This document shows positions 1-12,150 of a DNA stretch of 64,000 bases, piece by piece (the first letter of the stretch is position 1; each line of letters starts with the position of its first letter). Location: NCBI GenBank assembly GCA_951406725.2, contig OX597814.1, forward strand, positions 39,742,001 to 39,806,000. Reading direction: 5' to 3'. A program made the translations under genes and the position numbers. The stretch comes from Octopus vulgaris (taxonomy: Eukaryota). The notes under the pieces were generated by a model. That model did not search any database. It was not told the DNA's origin and was given only the letters and a program-made list of their open reading frames with translations.

Positions 1-604
1 GCACATACACGCTCAAACACACATATTGAATACACATATATTAAATATAAGCGATTATGTAAAGATGTATATTCAACAACAAACAATAATGTTTTGGCAG
101 TTTCTCTTTTTGCTAGTTACACCTCTAACCACATTATTTTTGCAAAGCACATGAACGTTGAAAATCCGTCATAACATGCGTTTAGCTTTTGTACTAAATA
201 CAAATTTAATATTATAATAGATCATCTACTAATACTCATTAATTTTCACAATATTTCTCCTATAAATTGCTTTATCGTTAAAGAGGGTTACATTTTCTGT
301 TCTATCCTTCACCAACAGAGTTCGTTTTTAAATTTGCACGTGATTCTCAGAAAATTACCATTTGAACGCTCATGACATAGCCTCAAAGACATTTTTGAAC
401 CCTTCGAGGATATCAAGACGTTGTTCCAATTTCTAATTAGCGTCTAAACAAGGAAAAATAATTTCTCGCACTATCCAGATTCCATTTTAGTTATACATTC
501 CCGGAAATTGAGGATATGGAATTCTTTATATATATGTATGTATACATAAACATATATATATACATATATATATACGGGTGTGTGTGATTGTGTATAGAAG
601 AATA

Positions 605-1019
605 TATTAATAAAAGGAATTCCAACCTTGTCTGATTTTCACGTTTTATTTACAATCTTATAATAATATAATATAAGATAATATAATATGATAAAATAAA
701 ATAAAATAAAATAATAGAATGTTAAATGTTCATTTTGATTGAACTAGTACTTTCATGCATTAAATTGTTCAATCTTCAGGTTCATGTAGTAGTGGTGAAT
801 TGTGAACCATCTCGCTAGAGTAAAAAATTGTGAAGCATGACTGTCACCACTACTACATGAACCTGAAGATTGCATAATTTAATGCATGAAAATACTTGTT
901 CAATCAGAATGAACATTTAACACTCTATTATTTTATTTTATTATATTATATTATATTATATTATTATAAGATTGTAAATAAAACGTGAAAAGCAGACAAG
1001 GTTGGAATTCCTTTTATTA

Positions 1020-1022
<3 letters not shown>
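605..1022. mobile_element. Foldback pair of Penelope-type terminal repeats (arms 605-798 and 844-1022), each with a minimal hammerhead motif
   Basis: Arms are reverse complements (tattaataaaaggaattccaaccttgtctg... / ...cagacaaggttggaattccttttattaata) around a 45-bp spacer and are flanked by (TA)n. A third, solo copy lies at about 25395-25645. Confidence 0.75.
858..902 (+). ncRNA. Minimal type-I hammerhead ribozyme motif (family F1)
   Basis: TGAAC-CTGAAGA-t-TGCAT aattta ATGCA-t-GAAA-ATAC-TT-GTTCA; stem I TGAAC/GTTCA. Sister copies at 740-784(-) and 25558-25602(-) have the palindromic GTAC stem-III loop. Confidence 0.7.
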
Positions 1023-1076
<54 letters not shown>

Positions 1077-1089
1077 CACACACACACAA

Positions 1090-1137
<48 letters not shown>

Positions 1138-1139
1138 GT

Positions 1140-1326
1140 GTGAGTACACAAAACACAAAAGTCGGAGACAGTTGGTGTGGACAACAAACATATGTATCAG
1201 TATTAACCTCGGGAAATGAAAAAAGTCTTTAACGTTTCGAGCTTACGCTCTTCCACAGAAAGCCACACATAAATAAATAAGGAGAGAAAATAAAGAATGT
1301 GTAGTGATTCGCGATCTATCAGGGCG
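1140..1326 (-). mobile_element. Short (~190 bp) non-autonomous HHR-bearing repeat (family F2)
   Basis: Similar to 9320-9517(-), 35900-36060(+) and 58240-58390(+). Carries cttt-CTGTGGA-a-GAGC gtaa GCTC-GAAA-CG-TT-aaag at 1227-1262(-). Next to (TA)n. Confidence 0.7.
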
Positions 1327-1406
1327 ATGAATTAAGTTACTCTTTCATGCGTCACGCAGCCATTAGCTTTATGTAGTGAGAGTCGTGTTCCACAATTGAC
1401 AACTGC

Positions 1407-1438
<32 letters not shown>

Positions 1439-1445
1439 CACAAAT

Positions 1446-3050
1446 GGAAGATGGAATATACGAGAATTTATTACTAATCACGACAATCGTTTCGGCTCAT
1501 CTAGTATAAATCCCTCTTTTGCGGGGCACTCAACGACTGGTTCTGGAACACCTAGTGGTGCACATGTACCTCGTCGGGTGATAAATAAATACAACTCGTT
1601 AAAATGACTGATCACGCAATCCAGCGAGAAAAGTATTAAAAATAACCGTTAACAGATATTATATATAAACTCACTCGGGGAAGCTTCGTGGCGCGAGTAC
1701 TGTCACTCATACAAACATCCAAATAAAATGTGAGCATATGCACACGTGAGGTTTGGTGCAATCATGATCAAAAAGCGAGTTAATCATTGAGTTGGTGTTT
1801 ATAATAATGGGGAAGTTAAAATTAATACATAATGTTAATAGTTTATCAAAATTCCTTCTCCCTGCATTGTGCGAAAGTACATTTGTATGCATACATGCAC
1901 CTCGAGAGTAATTTAGAAATTCCATTAATTATCTTGTCGTTGGTTCACAGAATAGACAGAGACTCCTCAGAGAATAGACAGGGGCGCTCTTGGGAATTAT
2001 ATTATTTGGTTTCGCATACCTTGCGATGGAGCAATTAATGATGTACTTCATCTTATCCCACTTCAGTTGCCACACAAAATCTGTCAAAGATATTGAATGT
2101 CTATTATTGATTGTCTTAAAGCTGGCAATATGGTTACGATAACGATTCCTTAATGAATCAGCCGTCTGACAATTGTGCACGGTACATTCATATGCAAGAT
2201 TTGTACTCACAGCGATTCATCAAAGGACATTTGCATTTTCTCTGCATGAGCATTTATCGTATTTATTTGTATATAATGCAGTCCTGACTCCATTTACGGC
2301 GTTGTCACTGTCCTAGCCGTATCATAAGTATTTCTACGACTACAAATTGTTCGTAGTTGATGTCTATCAATGCGGTTTACATTTTCTTTCGTATTTAAAT
2401 GAAAATATCCGCTAGGTCCAGTAGATGGGTTATTGAAACTTTGTAGCATTTTGCTATTGTTTATGCGGTATGTCTCTTAAAATAGCATAATACCGATTAG
2501 AATTAGGAAAACACTTGTCCAAAGAAGCAAAATATTTTCCAGCGATCTTGTTTGAAACTTGCAAACCGTATTCGGGTTGAAACAGAGGACGTCCTGATTA
2601 CTATATCTGTTGTTAGGCTTATTTGATCGAGTGTATTGTATAAGAATGGAACAAGCAGTTGTATTATTATGTCGTGTGTCTATGAGCTTTCGTTGGTAGC
2701 TCATTGTTATGACCAATTCTTCTGGCTTGTATCGTCATCTGAGTTATTAAACCGTAACGTGATGGTGGTATACAATGTGCATCACGGCTGGAGGAATTAC
2801 CAGTGAGGTGCATGTTCGCTTATTGTATAAACTGAATTTTTCACGGCACCTAGCCCTAGCCAGAGTAGCTTTATAAGTTGTGGAACAGTTATTTTAACAA
2901 GTTGTTTTTATTTATCATCCGACGAGATACAACTACACCACCGGATGCTCCTGAACCAGCTGTTAAGTGTCCCACCCAAGAGGAATCGATGGTAGATGTG
3001 TCGAAACAATTGTCGTAATTAATAATAAATTCTCATATATTCCATCTTCC
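1446..3050 (-). mobile_element. Decayed Penelope-like element: GIY-YIG remnant between inverted HHR-bearing terminal repeats
   Basis: ORF 1929-2210(-) NLAYECTV..RNRYRNHIASF..SISLTDFVWQLK with upstream CSCREKCKCPL resembles the PLE endonuclease. Inverted repeats 1446-1618 and 2878-3050. Confidence 0.8.
2914..3019 (+). ncRNA. Hammerhead motif with extended stem II (family F4)
   Basis: atcat-CCGACGA-GATACAACTAC...(~55 nt)...GTAGATGTGTC-GAAA-CAATTG-TC-gtaat. The inverted sister at 1477-1582(-) has a perfect stem I atcac/gtgat. Confidence 0.65.
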
Positions 3051-3140
3051 GTCTTTCATTTGCCGTATACCTAACGATCACTGTGAAAGTGACCGTGCTT
3101 CACCAGTAAGCTACCAGGTACAAACCATTCGTTTTGTTAC

Positions 3141-3207
<67 letters not shown>

Positions 3208-4060
3208 AGCATACATATATACATGAATACATACATATGCACGTACATACACACACGTATATATATGTATAAATAATATATATGTGTGTGTAGAAATTCG
3301 TATATATGTTGTGTTAGAGTACTCTTAATGTAAATAATGTAGACGATATATTTTGTATATCATCAAATATATAACTGGCTGTAGCAAATAAAACTTCAGA
3401 TAGATACCATCTGTTTCACGACGTATATTGCCACTAGAAAATATTCAGTACTATACAATCATGTTAAAAAGAAGTGCATTCCCAGTTTACTTATTAATGA
3501 CAAATGGGGAATGAAATTTACTAAAAGTTATATTAAGGAAGGAAGAATGTTATTACCCATAGATTTGGTTTAGTCATGGGTGAAATGCATTTGTATATCA
3601 TATCATACGCTAATTCAAAATGTGATATGGTCACATCTCCAAACCATATTTATGTTCATAAAACAGTGCCACTTTTGAAGTTCACAAAATTTTCCACAGC
3701 CTGTTATATTCCAGCAAAATTTAGATGTTCCGAAAATAATTATGATATGCATGGTAGAGAAAAACACATACAGAAAGTTCAGTATATATGTGGATGTGAG
3801 AATATGTATGCGTATGTGTGAATGCGTGTGTGTGTAAATATGTGTGTGTGTGTGAATGTTTGTAAGTAGATTCAGTTGAATGATCTTGGAAAAAGACAGA
3901 AAAAAGGCGCAGTCAGAAAATAATAGGAAACACATATTTATCAGCAGTGTAAAACGACATCCAATAATCCGGGCAACACAGATAATGCAGATGACAAGAG
4001 GCAAAATATGGGTAAATGCTTATAGATAAGAGGAAATTATTATTTTAGATGTTATGTGTG

Positions 4061-4094
4061 TATATATATATATATTTACATATACATATATATA

Positions 4095-4146
<52 letters not shown>

Positions 4147-4237
4147 TATATATATATATATGCATATATATATATGTATATATGTATATGTTAATATATG
4201 TATGTATATATATATATATATATGTACATATATATGC

Positions 4238-4313
<76 letters not shown>

Positions 4314-4317
4314 TATC
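4061..4317. repeat. (TA)n microsatellite, representative of dozens of (TA)n/(CA)n/(TACA)n tracts in the window
   Basis: Directly visible. Other long tracts include 4600-4757, 10257-10350, 16256-16450, 34765-34896, 36060-36270 and 58932-59300. Confidence 0.98.
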
Positions 4318-4598
4318 CAAGTATACATATATATTTATTTATACGATGTCTGATCAATAAGTGTCCGGACTGTAACAAAGCCACGGCATATAGTGTAAAT
4401 CCGCTGAACAGAGCTAGAACGAATTATGTTAGTGCGGATGCAATGCAGAGTTCAAGGTCAATCTGTGCCAAACGGCTTTACTCTGCATGCTTTAGCTTCC
4501 TGATACGAATTGATCATACTACATATATTATACATACAGGTGTTGCTCCAGCATAGCGACAGCGGAAATGAGTGAAGCAATTAAAAGAAAAAGTATAT

Positions 4599-4764
<166 letters not shown>

Positions 4765-5155
4765 CTGAGAGTAGTGGTACAAAGGTACCAATGTTTATTG
4801 GAAAAAGCATTCTATTAATGTAGCTTCAGTGCGTACATACTGGCAAAGATGTTGGAGGGCAGCGAACATTAAAAAAATTCGTCTTATGGCTAGGAAGAAC
4901 ATTAGATAAATAGATAACCCAGAATCGAATAATCTCGGTCCTAGTTTTCGGACACTTGAAATACGTTTGTTATTTTAAAATTGATTAGTCTTCTTCAGTT
5001 TGATATACCTGGACAATATTTTAAATCCTGCTACATCACTGCTAGTATAGTCGCCTGAAATCCTATCCGTTAACAGAACCGAGAACAGTGCTTTATTTGC
5101 CTGCAAGGTAATACATTTGTATTGCAATATTTAATTTTTCATGGAAAGTATATAT

Positions 5156-5219
<64 letters not shown>

Positions 5220-5220
<1 letters not shown>

Positions 5221-5620
5221 TGTTCCTTGATGTCAGAAAACTATATCCGGTCTATTAACCTAGATCTATCTATCTGTGTGTTGGCATATCATATACCAGA
5301 GTATGTTTGTTTTATCATTCTCTAAGAACTTTTCTGCGATATGCATAAGCCATCCTTTTTCCTTTTTCTGTTGCCGTTCCATAATGTTAGCATGATTCCA
5401 GGCTAGATAAATCCCAACACTTTAATGTCTGTGTATATAAACTTACGTGTCTAGGATTGGGCTGCCAATCACCACATATTCTGAAGCCATATTTTTATAT
5501 TTGATTGGATTTCTGGTAGATTCTGATGGGAGGCTTTGATCTTTAGTCACAATTAAAAATCCTTCAGAACCTGCTTTGAATCCTGAGCTTCTCAACCATT
5601 GTTGGGAATTTACTTTGTTT
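5220..5620 (-). mobile_element. Short decayed fragment of an R4/Dong-type (RLE) LINE
   Basis: QQWLRSSGFKAGSEGFLIVTKDQSL matches HQWLRSSGLKAESEGFILATQDQSL of the 30760-32014 element. Confidence 0.75.
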
Positions 5621-6617
5621 AGTATCATCAGCATCATCAATACCATCATCATCATCATCCTCTTCATCATCATCATTTTCTTCTACTTCTTTTTTCTTCT
5701 AAACATGACATATATTGATTGAAAACACCTTACATTGCATCATGGTTCTACATATAGCGTCACTTATTTTAGTTATGTTGACGGAGACGAATAGTCCACT
5801 AGACTCCTCGATGAAACTGAGCTACAGTTGAGCAATAGACAATTTATGAAGGCGTTCGTTTTCCGTGATTTTTTTTTCCTTGATTAAATTATAAAGCGTA
5901 CATATTTTAGAAATTATCTTGAATTTTCAGCCGATGGGATCTGATTTTAAATTTATGGCATTCTAACCAAAAAGATGTTCGTTACAGTTGCTTAATAATG
6001 TTTAATACTGTTTGGATTGAACAACAGGAAAGAAAGCAACGTAACCCCCATTTTCCTCACAGTTTCAACACCACCACAAAAGTTAGCATTGAAGTTTTTA
6101 AGTGCCCAAATATAATTGTATCGGGTTTTATATATAATATTGTTTGGTAAGGTAATTTTTAGAGGAGGTATTTATTTGTAAATATAATACAGCATATATA
6201 TTTCATAAAATATTTGGTTAAACTAAAGCGTTTGACCCGATTCAAAACAGAAAAGAAAAAGTATAATATGTGCAAGTTTTTCGAAACCTTTTTTTTTGTG
6301 TGTGTACATATATTTTCCCCTCCTCTTACCGAAAGCTGAATAGTTATCTCCCTTGCCCACAACAAAAACATTAACAATAACCAATTACCGCCCCTTATTT
6401 TTCTACTTGTAAAGTCTTTCACTCCTGAATATCATCACACACAACATGGGTAAAAATTTCGTCTTAAGAAAATGCATATTCAAATAAGTAAGGCATAATA
6501 TCATGAATAGCGAAAGCGAAACCAGTCGATATATTACAAATTATATTAAAACTATGAAAAGTGTGTGTATTTTCTTTTTTTAATTTCCTATATAACTGTA
6601 CATATATACATATATTT

Positions 6618-6691
<74 letters not shown>

Positions 6692-7584
6692 CTTTGTGTA
6701 TATATTACACACACCCAATGCAACGCAAGAAATCCCACAAGTATCCCCACACCCTCATACATATAAGCAAGTAAATCTAATTTCCAGCGCAGGATATAAT
6801 CCCTTTTTGAAGATTAACATTATTTTAGAAGTGTCTTCTCAATTGTACAGAAATTTCATGAAAACTTTTAAGAATATGCACTACTATGTTTGTAAGTGTC
6901 TTAACCCGATAACTTGTGGCTTTTGGGGGAAATATGGACAATAGAAATCATTGACACCAAGACATCATTTTACATCACACACAGATTGTGTTTCCTCCAG
7001 AAGGATGAATTGGCTGAGTCGTTAGAGTTTCGAGCAGAATACTTGGTGTCAATTAATCCGAAACTATTCTTCTTAGCTCAAATCTTCCGAAGTCAGTACT
7101 TGAATATCCGTGATTAAACTTTTTCTATCCTCGTCGGCGAAGGCATTACGTATTTGTATAGAAATTTTGAAATCTATTGGTTAGTTTACATTCAATTTAT
7201 TTTTCATCTAATATAAATTGAACTATGAACCATATTAATTATTATCAAATATTTGTAACTGTCTTTATCATTTTTTAAATCAAACTTTAATTAATGTAAT
7301 ATAATTAATAGCCTGTAATTAGTTCGTACCGAGAAGATAAACCATATTGAAAAATCTATCTCGAGTCGAGTATTAGTGGGATAAATAACATAGTTTAAAC
7401 ATAATTGAATTAAATGAACATTAAATGGAATTTTGTATATTTTTCGATGTAATTAACGAGTGAGTATATATCCTAGGAACTTCTTTTTGCAAAATATTGA
7501 ACATATAATAGCAATCCTACCATGTATCTATCTCTAGATATATGTGTGTCTGTATATGCATGTATATGTATGTGTCAATTTGTG

Positions 7585-7620
<36 letters not shown>

Positions 7621-7654
7621 CATGCATGTGCGATCGTATATTTGTATAGAATTA

Positions 7655-8794
7655 CAGAATTTCTCCCCCCCAAAATATGTACACATTCTGAATGATTATT
7701 TAGTCAGTGTTGGTTAAAATACATTTTCAAAATTTAATAGAATCTTCGGACAGAACTGAATTATTTTCTGAATGAGTGAATCGAAACTGATGAGATTTCT
7801 AATATAACGCTTCTGATAACGCGAAGTAATGAAATTGTAAGCATTGCAGACATCAAAACAAATTCCGTTCAGTAGTTGTGCAAATTTTTGTTTAACGGCT
7901 GCCTCCAGTTTGACGACTGTTGCCACTTTTCGAACCGTAAACGTAATCTTGTAATCACTCTTCCTAAAATCTAGTGGTGCGAGTTTCGGTGAAAGTAGAG
8001 TGTTTTCTACTTGATCTGTTGGTCCAATCCACCAGTTTGGAAACTTTATCAATAGTATAATGTATAATGTAATGTGGCCTACCTTGATAAAGGTAGGTTA
8101 TATTATATTACAGTGGTTGTGTGGAAGTGCATCATTTTGCTGGAGATTAAACTGTAATCGTTCAAAGTCAAATTGAATGCTTGTCATGGCAGATAGTCGC
8201 AGAAAATTCAAATAAACGAAGCCAGTCAATGTACTGTAAAAAAGCCTGTTCTTGTTTATGCATTTAATGATAAGCCGCACAACACTATAATCATAGATAA
8301 ACTGATACGGTTCTTCAGTAATATGTGGGGTTTTAGGTCCCTAGTCGGTGAAAATGTGTCGATTAATTGAGCGATATAAAATTAAATATAGCCACATTAC
8401 TCAAAATATCTATGTGGCAAATTGAGTATCTTCTGCCTCTCCACGCAAAATTTGAAACACAAAACTCAACGCATCGGTCCAAATAAACTTAATTGAAAGC
8501 CCGAGCCCTTCTTGAAACGTCACCTTTCTAATGGTGGTGAGTCAAAACGCAATGCATGCTTGGTTTTGAAATTCTTGTCTCAAAAATTACGTACCGCATA
8601 GATTTTCGTGAACTCAGGCAATACGTTTCAAGTAATCTCTTTGTAGGGCTACTTAATGTACCCTGTGTTACGGAACATTTCCCGGAGACATTGTAAAACA
8701 GTTTCATAAGATTCAAGTTTCTTTCTCATTTCAGTGACAGTGTGTCACATGGGGTAGCTGTTTGAATTATCGTTACAAATTTCGGAACACCCTG
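7655..8794 (-). mobile_element. Decayed Tc1/mariner-superfamily DNA transposon
   Basis: Minus-strand peptides LQQNDALPH (cf. FQQDGAPPH) and WIGP...SPKLAPLDF (cf. WIGR..WPPRSPDLTPLDF). TA-CAGGGTGTTCCG TIR-like end at 8794-8796. The left boundary is uncertain. Confidence 0.75.
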
Positions 8795-9319
8795 TACATA
8801 CGTACGAAAGTACGTAATTATGTATGAATGTATGCATGCATACATGCTTGCATAAGCATATATGAACATATATAAATACTTGATAAAGATAGGTTATATT
8901 ATATTACAGTGGTTGTGTGGGAGTGCAACAGGCTTTTTTTTCACAGTACTTTGGCTGCGTTTATTTGAATTTGCTGCAACTATCTGTCATGCAAAGCATT
9001 CAAGTTGACTTTGAACGTTTACAGTTTGGTTTCCAGCAACATGATGCAGTCCCACACAACGCTATCGATCATTATACTAATACATGCGTTTGTTGTCTAC
9101 ATCACCAGTCTTTGTCTTTTGTTTTCTTGGGAATTCTCTCCCTATATATATATTCATATATATGAGGTTACCACGAACATTCCTATATGGCAGGCTTCAT
9201 AATTGTTGAGAGATTTCTCATTACACGAAATCAATGGTAGTTTCATTTATCAACCAATGCAGTTTTGAGCACTCGTTCTCACGTTTCGATATTAGCGCAT
9301 ATATATATATATGTATGCA

Positions 9320-9517
9320 TGGGGAGAGTTTACGAATAAAACAAAAGACGAAGACAAGTGGTGTACAAAACAAACAGATGCATTAGTATGACGCTCAGGA
9401 ATAGAAAAAGTCTTTTACGTTTCGGGCCTACGCTCTTCTAGAGAAAGGAACACAGGAAAAAAGGAGAGAAAAAGAAAGAGAAAAAATGTACGTAGTGGCT
9501 AATGATCTATCATGGCG
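9320..9517 (-). mobile_element. Family F2 short HHR-bearing repeat, decayed copy
   Basis: Aligns by eye with 1140-1326; motif at 9412-9447(-). Confidence 0.7.
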
Positions 9518-9712
9518 AAATATATTTATATGTATGCATATACATATAGTCAAGTAAATCAAGTAAAGGGATCAAATCACATTAAGGGATCATAAATCCA
9601 ATGAAAATACTGGTTAATTAGCAATCTACAGTAAGTTCAACTATACGGTAACCATATAAACCGCTATTCATATACTTATATATTAAAGAATAAGGAGAAA
9701 ACAGAGAAAAAA

Positions 9713-10151
9713 TAATTAATAAAATTACTTATTAATTATAAAATATGACATCTCTGACGGCTGTTTCGATTCGAATTATTATATATTTATAAATACATGC
9801 GTTTTTTTCTGCTTCATTTTTCCATTACTTTTTCTCATTCTCTGTACCTACGATATTATTGTAAACACTTCGCTTCTTTCACTTTTGGCATATAACACAT
9901 AGGTACCTTTTTCCCCCATGTTAGATTCAGATCTTCAATTAACGGGTCTCTTTGAATATATGCTACCAGTTAACAGTTTTATCGCCTTTATCTTGACATG
10001 TATTTCTAATCCGTTCATCTTTAGAACCTCTGAAGAAATTCATATTATAATGATTTTAATTTTATAGATTAATTGCCTAAAGATTTCCAAATCGAAACAT
10101 CTGTCAGAAATATTGTCATATTTTATAATTAATGAATAATTTTATTAATTA
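9713..10151. mobile_element. Inverted repeat (9713-9775 / 10087-10151) with HHR-like motif at 10026-10109(+) (family F5)
   Basis: Arms are reverse complements. CTGAAGA at 10030 and GAAA-CATCTG-TC-aga at 10094. The inverted arm reads GAAA-CAGCCG-TC, implying a CAGCTG palindrome consensus. Confidence 0.55.
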
Positions 10152-10223
10152 CCTCTCCATTTTCTCCTTATTCTAATACACACACACATACATACGCGCG
10201 CATACACACACACATACACACAT

Positions 10224-10350
<127 letters not shown>

Positions 10351-10999
10351 GTATATTGTTGTGTTTCGGAGTGTCATTTTTTTCCAAATAAACTCACATA
10401 TACATTCGTTCCACTGAAGAGATCACACGTGTAGTGTTCAACGATAGCAGTGTAGATATGAATTCAGTCTCTCTTCCCTTGAAATCTATTTAAATTACGC
10501 TACTTAATTTTTAAAAATTTCACAAATTTGAATAAATGTTCTGATGGGAATCTTAACGAGTTAGCCGTGGTTTTCTCAAAAGAAATGGTAATAAGATTGT
10601 AAATCAAGGAAAATGTTATCACTGTTCCCGTATAAAAGTATATAGAAGTTTGATGTAGGTGTTACCTTTAATTTAATTTATACGCTTCGACAACAAAACT
10701 CAACAGCTTGAAGGAGCTGCATACGCACATCTACATTTGTGTCAGAGCGACTGAAAGATTAAATCAGATCATTATTGAAGAAGAATTTACTTATGACCAT
10801 TGTTACGGAAATTCACTGAAACAAATAAATTGGCGATAACTATAGAGGTCAATATCACTGAATTCAATAGTTGTGATCAAGATTTTTTTAAATGCCTCAA
10901 AACAGTACATATGCTAATCAGATTTCTTATTGAAATTGACCAACATGTTTCTTCGATGGGCAATGCTTCGCAGATATATTGGTTAACTGTATTGGTTCA

Positions 11000-12150
11000 T
11001 ATTTGCATTATTCTGTGAAGCTAGAGAGAGTGATGCAACCGCTTTTTCATAGGTAATGAGCTTGCTTCTATTCGTGCCCTGTTGAAAGTGTTGCATGTCA
11101 ATACCAACAGGAAAGTTTTGAGTAGATTGGCAATTCAAGAGAACTGGAGTTGTGGAGAAATTCACTGAATGAAGAGACAACTGAGGCAGGTGTCTGAAAT
11201 GTGAAGATAGGCAACCTCGAAAATCCGAAGAGCAGGGAATTGTTAATGTTGTAATAATATGTAGAGAAGACCAAAAAGAGGGGATATCACACTGTGGTCA
11301 ACATACATGAGTATGATATAACACCAATAACTTGAACAGCTCCTCCTAGAGACTGCACCACCCAGATATGAAAGCATTACTTAAGTGCGGAACTCACTTA
11401 GTAGTTGTAGGATGTCAGGAGTTGGGGAATGAAATATTTTCTTGGCCTGCAGAAACAGGCAATTCTGCGGGATGTAGATTTAGCTAAGAATGTGCTTTCG
11501 TTAGGATATGTTCTCAGTAATACTGAGGCCCAGTAATTTTAGCTAAACTCTTCTAGCTCGAGCCAGTCAGGTTATGTGGGATTGTGGTGCAGTAGTCTTT
11601 CCTTGATACATTAAGGGCTTGACCTCTTTGCTGTAAAAAGATAAAAGGTCAGCATAACATCATTGATTTATTGTCTGAAGGTTAGAATCAGTGTAGATTT
11701 TAAGAGTGCTATCTAGAATGCGTGTGGCTCATCCACGATTGTTGGAAATTAGGGAGAATGATGGGCTGCGTTGTGTGAATGAGAATTGGTATTGATGAAT
11801 GGGATGGCGACTAGTTCATTTATGTATAGACGTAGGAGTGTCGGACACGAAACAAAATCCTAAGTAACACCTGAATTGTTTGAATGTAAAACAAAAGATT
11901 TACTTCAACACAAGCTACGATGGTACGACTCGATGGGGAGCAACCTATGCATGGTTGAGATATGGCTGGGGCCAGTTGCTAAGACATTGTGTTGGGAAAC
12001 ATACATACGTATTTTGCACGAAGGTATATCTGACGCCTCGCTAACAAAGTTGGTTTCACCTAAGTTCTTTAAAGTGAAAGCCCACTGGTGAATGATGTAA
12101 AATATAGGGTAGTGAATGGGCTTTAGTTGTGTTGAAGCCGTAATCGTGGT
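11000..12150 (-). mobile_element. Highly decayed APE-type LINE reverse transcriptase
   Basis: Minus-strand relics of GE..VALDI (HQWAFTLKNLGETNFVSEASDI), GVPQGSVL.PTL..YIN (~11815-11872) and CSHIW (~11350-11395), all broken by stops and frameshifts. Confidence 0.6.

Noticed and set aside
4930-5005. Minus-strand CTGAAGA...GAAA-ACTAGG
   Set aside because: No UH site or convincing stem I.
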